From a virus, in IMG/VR virus record IMGVR_UViG_3300045988_076875, positions 1 to 37,618 of that record: a stretch of 37,618 nucleotides of DNA; one strand, written 5' to 3'. Below the pieces are notes generated by a model. It made no database searches. It had not been told where the DNA came from and worked only from the letters and a program-made list of their open reading frames with translations. Below, in pieces: positions 1 to 7,230 of this stretch. Position numbers and translations under genes: made by a program. The first letter of the stretch is position 1. Every line of letters starts with the position of its first letter.

Positions 1-55
1 CATATCACCTTCCTTAGTATATATGTGCAACGTCGCACAAAAATGGGTATAAAAA
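1..55. repeat. Terminal exact direct repeat, copy 1, identical to 37564..37618; circular-closure overlap
   Basis: Read directly: nt 1-55 (catatcaccttccttagtatatatgtgcaacgtcgcacaaaaatgggtataaaaa) equal nt 37564-37618. Confidence 0.9.
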
Positions 56-96
56 TAACAGCTAGCAAAGAACGGATGTTCCGCTTGCGATAGCTG
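48..96 (-). terminator. Intrinsic terminator on the minus strand, facing the integrase promoter
   Basis: Stem cagcta/gcaa (59-68) pairs with ttgc/tagctg (85-96) around an inner cgga/tccg hairpin. On the minus strand it is followed by TTATTTTTAT (58-48). Confidence 0.5.
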
Positions 97-105
97 TCCG
101 AAGAT

Positions 106-137
106 GATACACTAATTATTGAACGTACTGGTGTATC
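106..137. other. Candidate attP core for the serine integrase (imperfect dyad)
   Basis: gatacac (106-112) and gtgtatc (131-137) are exact inverted repeats around an 18-nt centre. The dyad lies between two opposed terminators next to int. Positional inference only. Confidence 0.25.
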
Positions 138-160
138 CTTCGGGGCATTAGTCTTTGAGC

Positions 161-192
161 CGTCCTTGCGCCAACAGGGGCGGTTTTTATTT
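161..192 (+). terminator. Intrinsic terminator on the plus strand
   Basis: GC-rich stem ccgtcc(161-166)/ggggcgg(177-183), followed by TTTTTATTTAT. Confidence 0.5.
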
Positions 193-197
193 ATAAA

Positions 198-1142
198 TTA
201 ATGTTTATATAAAGTCTTTTTTGTACCATTATTAGTAGTTTCTACAGACTTTATGTCAAGTTCGTTTTGAATAATGCTTAAGTTAACAACACATAAATAC
301 GAGTGAATCCAACATACTAGATGAGCCTTTCCAATAGAACCATTTTGCATATAGTATATTTCTCCATGATACTTATTATCAGCGTTTATGCTATAGGCAT
401 TACTGGTTGCAAAATGCAAAACTAATGGGAATTTTGCATCTTTCCCGGTGGGGGTATACGGTGTGCATTCAAAAAATGAATAATACTGTGTATAGGTTTC
501 ATTTGCTATATCCAACACTTCCTTGGAAAAAGAAATATTTTCAACAGGAATTTTATAAGGAAGTTTTAAGTTTGCCAATGTAACTGCTCTTTCGATGAAA
601 GAATTCATAAATTCGATATCTTTTAGTACGGTAGCCTGATTGATGGCGTTGATTAGCATGCGAGCCATTCTATAATCATAAAAAATGTCTTCAAATACAA
701 ATTGATCAATGTTGAATTTATTCATATCTATAGAAGATATTTTTTCTAATTTTTCTTTTTCTGTTGCTAAAATTTCAGCCTGTTTTAATCGATCGTATTT
801 CTCATCGGGAGATTCTGCAAAGTAGGGACTGTCGTTATATTGAGCAATTTTTTCGTAACAAGCAGCACGCGTTTTTTCTGGAAATTTATGATAAAAACGA
901 TTTACATGTGACCGTAAAATTCCATCAATACCCCATATTTCTCCATTAATAATAAATTCTGTTTTGCACAGTGGAATTTGCTTGATGCTTTCAGCAGTGT
1001 CTATATCGTATTTCTTTTGATTTATGTAATAAAATCTTGGAAAAGTAGAGTATTGAGAAAGTATTTCTTCAAAATGATTTGGAATCTTTTCTTCAATTTT
1101 TGATTTTTGATTAATATGTAATATCTTATTTAATAAATTCAT
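198..1142 (-). CDS. Hypothetical 314-aa accessory protein in the lysogeny module; candidate exclusion or defence gene
   Basis: Long ORF, visibly more AT-rich than the structural genes. It sits between int and the immA/cI-like genes and is co-oriented with the repressor. I recognise no motif. Confidence 0.7.
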   Translation of the reverse strand: MNLLNKILHINQKSKIEEKIPNHFEEILSQYSTFPRFYYINQKKYDIDTAESIKQIPLCKTEFIINGEIWGIDGILRSHVNRFYHKFPEKTRAACYEKIAQYNDSPYFAESPDEKYDRLKQAEILATEKEKLEKISSIDMNKFNIDQFVFEDIFYDYRMARMLINAINQATVLKDIEFMNSFIERAVTLANLKLPYKIPVENISFSKEVLDIANETYTQYYSFFECTPYTPTGKDAKFPLVLHFATSNAYSINADNKYHGEIYYMQNGSIGKAHLVCWIHSYLCVVNLSIIQNELDIKSVETTNNGTKKTLYKH

Positions 1143-1163
1143 AATACTCCTTTTTAGTCATTT

Positions 1164-1571
1164 TTATAAATCTTCACCATATAAATAACGGTGTTCTGCA
1201 AGCTTGAATAAATCACAATTATCCATAATAAATTCTACACGCTTTTTATCTTGCTCCATTTGACGTTTTATTTTTTGTCTATCTCGTTGGAGACGTTTTA
1301 TCCTGTCAAGGTATACTTGAGCGGGTTCTGGTTTAGGCAGTGAGGTGTGAGCAATGTATTCAATTTCTTGTACATCAGTTTTTTGAAAATCATCATTTTC
1401 AATATGCTTCATTGCGTGTTCGTATGCCTTTAGCTGAGACTCGCGATTAAGTCCAGCGTTTATAAAAATGGTGTAACTACCATCTTCATTGGGTACTACC
1501 ATTTCATGACCTCTTTTATTAGGGAAGTCCATAACAATGACATTAACATCCGCAGTCGTCAATATCACCAC
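1164..1571 (-). CDS. ImmA/IrrE-like protein with a degenerate metal-binding motif
   Basis: It lies directly downstream of the XRE repressor and overlaps it. 'IFINAGLNRESQLKAYEHAMKHIENDDF' resembles the M78 core, but reads HAMKH instead of HExxH. Start uncertain: GTG at 1571 or 1568. Confidence 0.45.
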   Translation of the reverse strand: MVILTTADVNVIVMDFPNKRGHEMVVPNEDGSYTIFINAGLNRESQLKAYEHAMKHIENDDFQKTDVQEIEYIAHTSLPKPEPAQVYLDRIKRLQRDRQKIKRQMEQDKKRVEFIMDNCDLFKLAEHRYLYGEDL

Positions 1572-1920
1572 GTTCCTTTCTTTTTAACGCAAGTGCCATA
1601 TTATGTAATGCTTTTAAATCATCTGGTTCCATATCACGCTGTACGTCAAATAATGCTTTGAGTTCTTTGTTTTCAAATATTTCTTGCGCTACCTGAGCGG
1701 TTTCGTTATTCAGATAGTACTTTTCACTATCCGATTCATTGCCAGTCATCAAGTAATCTACGGATACATTAAAGTAGTCAGCTATCTTTTTTATTTTTGT
1801 AGTATTAGGAGTACTGTTTCCTAGTTTGCTGATGTAACCTTTTCCGAATCCAAGAGTTTCTTCTAGCTTGTTCATTGATATTCCATATTCTTTGCACAAG
1901 CTTTTAATACGTTCTTTCAT
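1543..1920 (-). CDS. XRE-family HTH repressor (CI-like)
   Basis: Helix-turn-helix 'ISMNKLEETLGFGKGYISKLGNSTPNTTKIKKIADYFNVSVDYL'. ATG at 1920 follows gaaaggg. Divergent from the cro-like gene. Confidence 0.85.
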   Translation of the reverse strand: MKERIKSLCKEYGISMNKLEETLGFGKGYISKLGNSTPNTTKIKKIADYFNVSVDYLMTGNESDSEKYYLNNETAQVAQEIFENKELKALFDVQRDMEPDDLKALHNMALALKRKERGDIDDCGC

Positions 1921-1933
1921 AACTTTGGGCCCT

Positions 1934-1948
1934 TTCTGAAAAAATCGC
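1934..1948 (+). promoter_or_regulatory. Operator-like 15-mer TTCTGAAAAAATCGC
   Basis: One of five copies of TTCTGAA(A/T)A(A/T)ATC(G/A/C)C in the cI/cro intergenic region. The 17-mer is identical to the one at 1997-2013. Confidence 0.55.
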
Positions 1949-1957
1949 AAAAATCTC

Positions 1958-1985
1958 TTGACATTCTGAATATATCGCGTATAAT
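1958..1985 (+). promoter_or_regulatory. Early lytic promoter: -35 TTGACA, -10 TATAAT
   Basis: TTGACA at 1958-1963, a 16-nt spacer, TATAAT at 1980-1985. It reads toward the cro-like gene. The spacer carries the operator-like TTCTGAATATATCGC (1964-1978). Confidence 0.65.
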
Positions 1986-1996
1986 AAAATTACAAG

Positions 1997-2011
1997 TTCT
2001 GAAAAAATCGC
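1997..2011 (+). promoter_or_regulatory. Operator-like 15-mer TTCTGAAAAAATCGC
   Basis: Exact repeat of 1934-1948 (17/17 when extended). It lies in the region where the two transcripts overlap. Confidence 0.55.
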
Positions 2012-2062
2012 AATAAACATCAGAATGACAATGTGCTGTTTTATTTGTTTGTGGTAATTCAA

Positions 2063-2091
2063 ATTATAGGATATTTTCAGAAGATAGTCAA
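2063..2091 (-). promoter_or_regulatory. Repressor-side promoter on the minus strand: -35 TTGACT, -10 TATAAT
   Basis: On the minus strand: TTGACT (2091-2086), a 17-nt spacer, TATAAT (2068-2063). The spacer carries the operator-like TTCTGAAAATATCC (2082-2069). Confidence 0.6.
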
Positions 2092-2100
2092 TATATATTA

Positions 2101-2115
2101 GTGATTTTTTCAGAA
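2101..2115 (-). promoter_or_regulatory. Operator-like 15-mer in inverted orientation (TTCTGAAAAAATCAC)
   Basis: The reverse complement of gtgattttttcagaa matches the 1934 and 1997 copies at 14/15. Confidence 0.5.
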
Positions 2116-2138
2116 CTAATAATACAGGAGGTGAGATT

Positions 2139-2339
2139 TTGATTTACGATAACATCCGCAGGCGCGCAAAAGAGCGAGGCATTTCTATCAATAAGTTGGA
2201 GGAGGAAGCGAACGTTTCCACTGGCAGCATTTGTAAGTGGGGAAATGGAATAAGCCCAACAGTTAAAAATATCAAAAAAGTAGCTGATATTTTAGAGTGT
2301 ACAGTTGACGAACTAATCAGTGATGTGGGAGGTGAGTAA
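2139..2339 (+). CDS. XRE-family HTH protein (Cro-like)
   Basis: TTG start after acaggaggtga. HTH 'ISINKLEEEANVSTGSICKWGNGISPTVKNIKKVADILECTVDELI'. Confidence 0.8.
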   Translation: MIYDNIRRRAKERGISINKLEEEANVSTGSICKWGNGISPTVKNIKKVADILECTVDELISDVGGE

Positions 2340-2340
2340 G

Positions 2341-2565
2341 GTGAGATTGAGGAAGATAATTGGCTGGATACTTGTTTTTACACCAGTGATTCTTACAACT
2401 ATAGGGATATGTTGTTTGCCAGTAGAAATCAGTACTAGATTAATGCAGATACTGGCAGTGTTTGGCTTGCTGAGTATTAGCTTTACAGGAACATGTCTTG
2501 TGTCAAATGAGTTGCCAATAAAAATAATTATCGAAAAAGGTGATAGTGATGCGGGAGGTGAGTAA
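2341..2565 (+). CDS. Small membrane protein
   Basis: GTG after gggaggtgagtaag. Two hydrophobic spans: 'IIGWILVFTPVILTTIGICCL' and 'ILAVFGLLSISFTG'. Confidence 0.5.
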   Translation: MRLRKIIGWILVFTPVILTTIGICCLPVEISTRLMQILAVFGLLSISFTGTCLVSNELPIKIIIEKGDSDAGGE

Positions 2566-2566
2566 A

Positions 2567-2755
2567 GTGGCTGAAACAGTAGAAAGAAAACCATTTAAAT
2601 CCATTCATATTGATACAGAAAAAGGAATTTACTTATTGAATGGCGAGAAAGTGTCTATGGTAAGCCGTATTGATTTGGAATTTAATAATGGAAAGTGGTC
2701 GCTTCTTATCACAAGAGATGAACTATATGTGCAGGAAACGACCAAGGAGTCTTAA
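2567..2755 (+). CDS. Hypothetical small protein
   Basis: GTG after a near-identical gggaggtgagtaaa junction, which suggests translational coupling. Confidence 0.45.
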   Translation: MAETVERKPFKSIHIDTEKGIYLLNGEKVSMVSRIDLEFNNGKWSLLITRDELYVQETTKES

Positions 2756-3075
2756 GGCATAAATGACCTAATTTTACTGATTGTCTCTAAGAAGGAATCC
2801 ATTTTATTACTAAAGCGATTTTCCATGTAAACGATAGCTGAGTCATTTAGCAAAAAACCACAATCATAGTAAAGTTTTATTAATCCATTATTTGCTAATT
2901 CGGTCAGTGCATCAACAATATCGTCTTCATGAATTCCTTGAAGAAATTCCGTTTGTAGAACAGATGGGTGAGAAAAGCAAATAGCTTCTCTTTTGGACAT
3001 GCCAATTTTTCTACGATTTATGAATTCATTATAGATAAGGCATAGCATTCTATCAGTATCATTTGTTAATTGCAT
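2752..3075 (-). CDS. Hypothetical protein in reverse orientation within the early region
   Basis: ATG at 3075 preceded by caggaggacactgta. Its stop overlaps the stop of the convergent plus-strand gene (cTTAAg). Confidence 0.55.
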   Translation of the reverse strand: MQLTNDTDRMLCLIYNEFINRRKIGMSKREAICFSHPSVLQTEFLQGIHEDDIVDALTELANNGLIKLYYDCGFLLNDSAIVYMENRFSNKMDSFLETISKIRSFMP

Positions 3076-3126
3076 TACAGTGTCCTCCTGATTATGTAGT
3101 TCTTTCGTAGTTTCAGAAATAAGCTT

Positions 3127-3165
3127 TTGCTTAACGGTGGCAACGTTAAGCAAGTTACTTTTTAC
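3127..3165 (+). terminator. Perfect 10-bp inverted repeat followed by a T-run; possible terminator or operator
   Basis: ttgcttaacg (3127-3136) and cgttaagcaa (3144-3153) with a 7-nt spacer, followed by gttacttttta. Confidence 0.35.
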
Positions 3166-3275
3166 ATGAATTTTGATAATAGCAACTTCCTTTCATGATT
3201 ACTCGGCATGGCGGTGCCTGTATCTAAAGTATAGGAGAGATTGAGGAAAGATGCAACAGAAGAGAGGTGGACGAA

Positions 3276-3488
3276 ATGAAGCGGTTATGTCCAGTATGTT
3301 TTGCGGAATTACCCGCACAAGCAAATTACTGTCCGATATGCGGAAAATGCATGAGAGATACCGTGGAGCATATTAGTCAGTATATAGGATGTGTGCCAGT
3401 AACAACAGTAGTTGGAGTAAAGGATTGTGCAATTCACATTGGAGAAGAGAACGGATTAGATGCAACAAGTACAAACCGTACCACATAA
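3276..3488 (+). CDS. Zinc-ribbon protein
   Basis: 'CPVCFAELPAQANYCPICGKC' (CxxC..CxxC). RBS gagaggtgg. Confidence 0.6.
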   Translation: MKRLCPVCFAELPAQANYCPICGKCMRDTVEHISQYIGCVPVTTVVGVKDCAIHIGEENGLDATSTNRTT

Positions 3489-3509
3489 CTTATAGAAGAG
3501 GTGGTGTAA

Positions 3510-3653
3510 TTGAAACATTTTAACATTGTAGTTATTAATGGAGAAGAAAAAGAAATCTCTTCTCTTTCCAAGGAAGAACGACAAAGACTGGTAGACGAAT
3601 GGAACCGGCGAGCGCTGGAGCATCTTGGATATAGGCGAGAGAAAACCGCTTAG
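3510..3653 (+). CDS. Small hypothetical protein, 47 aa, not in the ORF track
   Basis: TTG after agaagaggtggtg. Open for 48 codons, giving 'LKHFNIVVINGEEKEISSLSKEERQRLVDEWNRRALEHLGYRREKTA'. Confidence 0.35.
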   Translation: MKHFNIVVINGEEKEISSLSKEERQRLVDEWNRRALEHLGYRREKTA

Positions 3654-3676
3654 GCGGTAGAAAGGAGGACAAGCCC

Positions 3677-3766
3677 ATGAAAGTTAGAGATTGGATAGTG
3701 GTAGGACTGATGATGATTGGACTGCCGATGGCTATGTTTCTTCATTGGCTGGTCATGGGATATTAG
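3677..3766 (+). CDS. Possible 29-aa membrane peptide
   Basis: ATG after gaaaggagg. Hydrophobic 'WIVVGLMMIGLPMAMFLHWLVMGY'. Confidence 0.25.
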   Translation: MKVRDWIVVGLMMIGLPMAMFLHWLVMGY

Positions 3767-3768
3767 AC

Positions 3769-3924
3769 ATGAAGAAAAGAAAGTGGACAATGAAGAGGAT
3801 TGTGGATACGTTATTCGTGCTGGTGATCCTGGGAGACATCGCGACGCTGATCATGTTCGTAGCGATTTCCGTTAAAATTCTGAAAATGCAGGAGGTGATC
3901 ACATGGCTGATACAGCAAGCTTAA
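3769..3924 (+). CDS. Possible small membrane protein, 51 aa
   Basis: Internal ATG of track ORF 3691..3924. Transmembrane span 'IVDTLFVLVILGDIATLIMFVAISV'. Confidence 0.35.
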   Translation: MKKRKWTMKRIVDTLFVLVILGDIATLIMFVAISVKILKMQEVITWLIQQA

Positions 3925-4100
3925 AAGAAATCTTATTCCGGCATAGTGCGGAGCAGTGCAAGGTGTGTGAAGCCATTCCATTTGACCAGATTGGACATCA
4001 AATCGAGTATGAAAAGTTCAAGATGCTCCATGAGGTTATTGAGGCAGCTGACCTGGAGGACGAGTACCAGGAATGGAGACGGGCTTACGGATATGTATAG
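3903..4100 (+). CDS. Hypothetical protein
   Basis: ATG after gcaggaggtgatcac. Same strand as the early operon. Confidence 0.55.
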   Translation: MADTASLKEILFRHSAEQCKVCEAIPFDQIGHQIEYEKFKMLHEVIEAADLEDEYQEWRRAYGYV

Positions 4101-4115
4101 GAAGGTGGTGAGGAT

Positions 4116-4310
4116 ATGAACGAGATCGCGACAGTGATGAACGAGGAAGAGTTCGGGTATTTTCTTAAGAGTTTTGAGAAGAAAGCTGATTTGAAAAGTC
4201 TGAGCATGATTTCCAGAAGATGCCAGGTCGTTGATACGTTGTGCGGACTGCAATCGGATACCGTACTGACAGTCGGGCAGATCAAGCAGTTGTTCGAACT
4301 GGCAAAATAA
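4116..4310 (+). CDS. Hypothetical protein
   Basis: ATG after ggaaggtggtgagga. Confidence 0.55.
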   Translation: MNEIATVMNEEEFGYFLKSFEKKADLKSLSMISRRCQVVDTLCGLQSDTVLTVGQIKQLFELAK

Positions 4311-4397
4311 AAATGAGCGCCTTATATGAGACGGCAATCTCAAGGCACTCAGACAATAACATTTGTTTCATTATAGCAGATACAGAGGAAGATGTAA

Positions 4398-4571
4398 ATG
4401 AAAAGTATTCCGAGATATGATGAATGGAAAACAACACCTCCAGAACAGGAACCGGCAACATATTGTGATTGTTGTGGCTGCGAACTATATGAAGGAGATT
4501 ATCTTTACACAATAGATGGCGAAAGCTTGTGTGAAGATTGCGTAAACGAAGAATACAGGAGGACGATATGA
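4398..4571 (+). CDS. Small Cys-rich protein, 57 aa, not in the ORF track
   Basis: ATG after cagaggaag. 'YCDCCGCELYEGDYLYTIDGESLCEDC'. Confidence 0.4.
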   Translation: MKSIPRYDEWKTTPPEQEPATYCDCCGCELYEGDYLYTIDGESLCEDCVNEEYRRTI

Positions 4572-4729
4572 ATAAGAGAGCTGAGATATGGATGGTATTT
4601 CCACCGGATCAGGAATATCGTTATGGCGAGTATCCGTTTAATACAACAGAGGAAAGAAACTGGGTAAATGAACTTGCCATGAAGATTGGCGAAGAAAGAA
4701 AATGCAAGACATTTGTGAAAGCGTTATAG
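4568..4729 (+). CDS. Hypothetical small protein
   Basis: ATG at 4568 after caggagga, overlapping the upstream stop (ATGA). Confidence 0.5.
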   Translation: MNKRAEIWMVFPPDQEYRYGEYPFNTTEERNWVNELAMKIGEERKCKTFVKAL

Positions 4730-4738
4730 GAGGACGGT

Positions 4739-5653
4739 ATGAATTTAGAGTTAAGCATGATTCCTAAGAGCGGAGTCATTTCTACAAATTTTGAAGAAAT
4801 CAAGGAAAAACTTGAGACAGAAATGTCTACATATAAGACGATGAGAGTAACTGTAGACAATAAAAAAGAAGCAAAAGAAGATATGGCAGATCTTCGTAAG
4901 CTCAAGAAAAAACTCAATAATCGCAAGAAGGAAGTTAAAGAAGAGTATATGAAACCATATCTTGAGATGGAGGATGGCGTAAAGCAACTTATCAGTATCA
5001 TTGATGGAGCAATTAACTTTTTGGATGGACAAGTTGCGGAGCTGGAAGAACAGCGTGTGCTTGAGAGAAAGGCAGAAATTACAAAAGTTTATGATGAACT
5101 TGTAGAAGAGGAACTTTTGGATTACATGCCAATGGAGCGAATCTGGAATAACAAATGGACTAATGCATCTACGACTATGAAATCAATCAGGGAAGACATT
5201 ACCGGATATGCTACAAAGGTTAGAACGGACATTGCAACTATCAAGGCTATGCAGTCAGACAAGACGGAACAGGCATTGAACTACTATATGGAGACGAATG
5301 ACCTTGCATCTTCTATACAAATGATTACTCGCTATGAGCAGGAAAAGGCGAACATCTTAAAGAAAAAAGAACAGGAAGAGAAGAAGAGACGCGAAAAGGA
5401 ACTTGAGAAAGAGCGAGAGCGCGTAAGAGAAGAGGAAAGAAGACGCATCCAGGAAGAGGAAGAAATTAAAGCAGAGGCAGCAAGAAAAGCTATCAGTCAG
5501 GTGAAAACGGTTGATGAAGAAAAGGCTGCGGAACTTGCCACGGAAGATTCTAAGACTGTAGTATTCACGGTTAAGGCAACTGATGAAGAACTGGAAGAGA
5601 TTGAAATGGCATTAACTTCCCTTGGGGTCTACTTTGAAAGGAAAGATGTGTAA
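4739..5653 (+). CDS. DUF1351-like phage protein, a common partner of ssDNA-annealing proteins
   Basis: The N-terminus 'ISTNFEEIKEKLETEMSTYKTMRVTVDNKKEAKEDMADLRKLKKKLNNRKKEVKEEYMKPY' and the charged coiled coil look like this family as I remember it. It sits directly upstream of the ERF-like gene. Confidence 0.6.
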   Translation: MNLELSMIPKSGVISTNFEEIKEKLETEMSTYKTMRVTVDNKKEAKEDMADLRKLKKKLNNRKKEVKEEYMKPYLEMEDGVKQLISIIDGAINFLDGQVAELEEQRVLERKAEITKVYDELVEEELLDYMPMERIWNNKWTNASTTMKSIREDITGYATKVRTDIATIKAMQSDKTEQALNYYMETNDLASSIQMITRYEQEKANILKKKEQEEKKRREKELEKERERVREEERRRIQEEEEIKAEAARKAISQVKTVDEEKAAELATEDSKTVVFTVKATDEELEEIEMALTSLGVYFERKDV

Positions 5654-6279
5654 TGAGCGAAAACGTTCACATTCAAGACAAGCTGGCAGATATTCAGCGA
5701 AAGATGAATGTTCCAAAATCCCAGTATAACAAATTTGGAAACTATAATTACAGAAATGCCGAGGATATTCTGTCGGAATTTAAGAAATATTCCTCTGAAT
5801 ATGGCTTGTGTTTAACTATCAATGACGAAGTCCTTGAAATCGGCGGACGTATATATGTGCGTGCTACGGCTACCTTGAAGAGTGGAGCGGAAAGCATTAG
5901 TATATCTGGTTATGCCAGAGAAGCCGAGAAACAAAAAGGAATGGATGAAGCCCAGATCACAGGAGCAGCATCTTCTTATGCAAGGAAATATGCATTGAAT
6001 GGAATGTTCCTCCTTGATGATGTAAAAGACCCGGATACAAATGAATTCGCTGATCAGCAAGGAAGAAAAAATGGAGATGGGCAGAAAAATACATCTGGAA
6101 ATACAAAGATTAATCAAAGTCATATCAATTCTTTACGGAGCATGTTTCAAAACAAGGGTATTGATGAGAGCAAGGTTCTGATTGCCTATAAAATTGAAAA
6201 AATAGAGGACTTGACAATATCTCAGTACAAAGGAATCTTTAACAACCAGAAAGAAATGAAAGAAAGGTACGGGGTATAA
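5653..6279 (+). CDS. ERF-family single-strand annealing protein
   Basis: 'KSQYNKFGNYNYRNAEDIL' and 'MDEAQITGAASSYARKYALNGMFLLDD' are typical ERF motifs. Confidence 0.7.
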   Translation: MSENVHIQDKLADIQRKMNVPKSQYNKFGNYNYRNAEDILSEFKKYSSEYGLCLTINDEVLEIGGRIYVRATATLKSGAESISISGYAREAEKQKGMDEAQITGAASSYARKYALNGMFLLDDVKDPDTNEFADQQGRKNGDGQKNTSGNTKINQSHINSLRSMFQNKGIDESKVLIAYKIEKIEDLTISQYKGIFNNQKEMKERYGV

Positions 6280-6858
6280 ATGGACTTTACTGGTACTTTT
6301 GATGGTTTGGGCATGGATTTTACCACTGGCAAGCAGAAAGCAACTCTGACGCTGAATGAAGATGCTAAACAGACATTTGAGAATCTTCATGACAAGAAAG
6401 TTGTGATAACAATCAAAGCATATCGGAAAAAGAGAAGTCTTGATGCCAATGCCTATTTTCATGTACTTGTTGGAAAGATTGCAGATGTGACAGGCAACAG
6501 TAAAGTATACATCAAAAACAAATTAATAGCAGAATATGGTCAATATGAGACTATTAATGGCGCATTAGTACCACTTCCGCTAGACGATGATATAGATGCA
6601 TACAATGTGGAATTTGTCCACTTGCAGCCGACATCTAGGACAACCACCAATTCCAAAGGGAAAGTATTTCGTGTCAATTTGGTGATGCGTGGGTCCCATA
6701 CCTATGACACTGATGAAATGTCCAAACTGATAGACGGTACAGTATCCGAAGCAAAAGACCTTGGCATTGAGACATTAACACCGAACCAAATCAGAGAGAT
6801 GAAAGAAAGGTGGGGTGTGAAAGTTGAAAAAGAAACTGTGGAGTGTGTTCACAAATGA
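6280..6858 (+). CDS. NinB/Orf-like recombination mediator
   Basis: 'VVITIKAYRKKRSLDANAYFHVLVGKIA' resembles lambda NinB '..IQERNRSLDQNRKLWACLGD'. It lies in a recombination-module context. Confidence 0.45.
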   Translation: MDFTGTFDGLGMDFTTGKQKATLTLNEDAKQTFENLHDKKVVITIKAYRKKRSLDANAYFHVLVGKIADVTGNSKVYIKNKLIAEYGQYETINGALVPLPLDDDIDAYNVEFVHLQPTSRTTTNSKGKVFRVNLVMRGSHTYDTDEMSKLIDGTVSEAKDLGIETLTPNQIREMKERWGVKVEKETVECVHK

Positions 6859-7120
6859 CATGGAGCATTGTTACTTTACCGGAACGCCATATTGCCATAG
6901 ACACCACATTTTCTATGGACCATACAGATCGAAATCCGAAGAATATGGTTTCGTAATTCCCATAGCATGCTATTTGCACGAGAACGAAGCAGACAGTGTT
7001 CACGGGAATCCCAATCAAGGGTTGGATCTTAAGCTTAAGCAGATGGCTCAGCAATATTTCGAGGAGCATTACGGGACCAGAGATGAGTTCATTCGGATTT
7101 TTGGAAAGAACAGATTGTAA
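6824..7120 (+). CDS. Cys/His-rich hypothetical protein, possibly nuclease-like
   Basis: 'HCYFTGTPYCHRHHIFYGPYRSKSEEYGFVIPIACYLHENEADSVHGNP'. TTG start after gaaaggtgggg. Family not identified with certainty. Confidence 0.45.
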   Translation: MKKKLWSVFTNDMEHCYFTGTPYCHRHHIFYGPYRSKSEEYGFVIPIACYLHENEADSVHGNPNQGLDLKLKQMAQQYFEEHYGTRDEFIRIFGKNRL

Positions 7121-7230
7121 CTCATTCACATAGTTTCATGCGGCAAATGTAACTGAAGGTAAAATGTTCGGTTTTGCAAATATTGTGTCACGATGCCGGA
7201 GATGCCGCACTCCGGCAGAAAGGAGAAAAT

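Noticed and set aside
59-192. A discrete plus-strand small RNA or tRNA-like gene in the int-proximal spacer.
   Set aside because: I could not fold a cloverleaf or find any recognisable RNA family. The putative promoter is weak. The attP-plus-insulating-terminators reading explains the same structures. It is kept only as an alternative within the attP finding.
2319-2569. A 25-nt repeat, agtgatg[t/c]gggaggtgagtaa[g/a]gtg, at 2319-2343 and 2545-2569.
   Set aside because: It consists of a C-terminal codon run, an RBS, a TAA stop and a GTG start at two consecutive small genes. It is most simply a duplicated translational-coupling junction, not a regulatory or mobile element.
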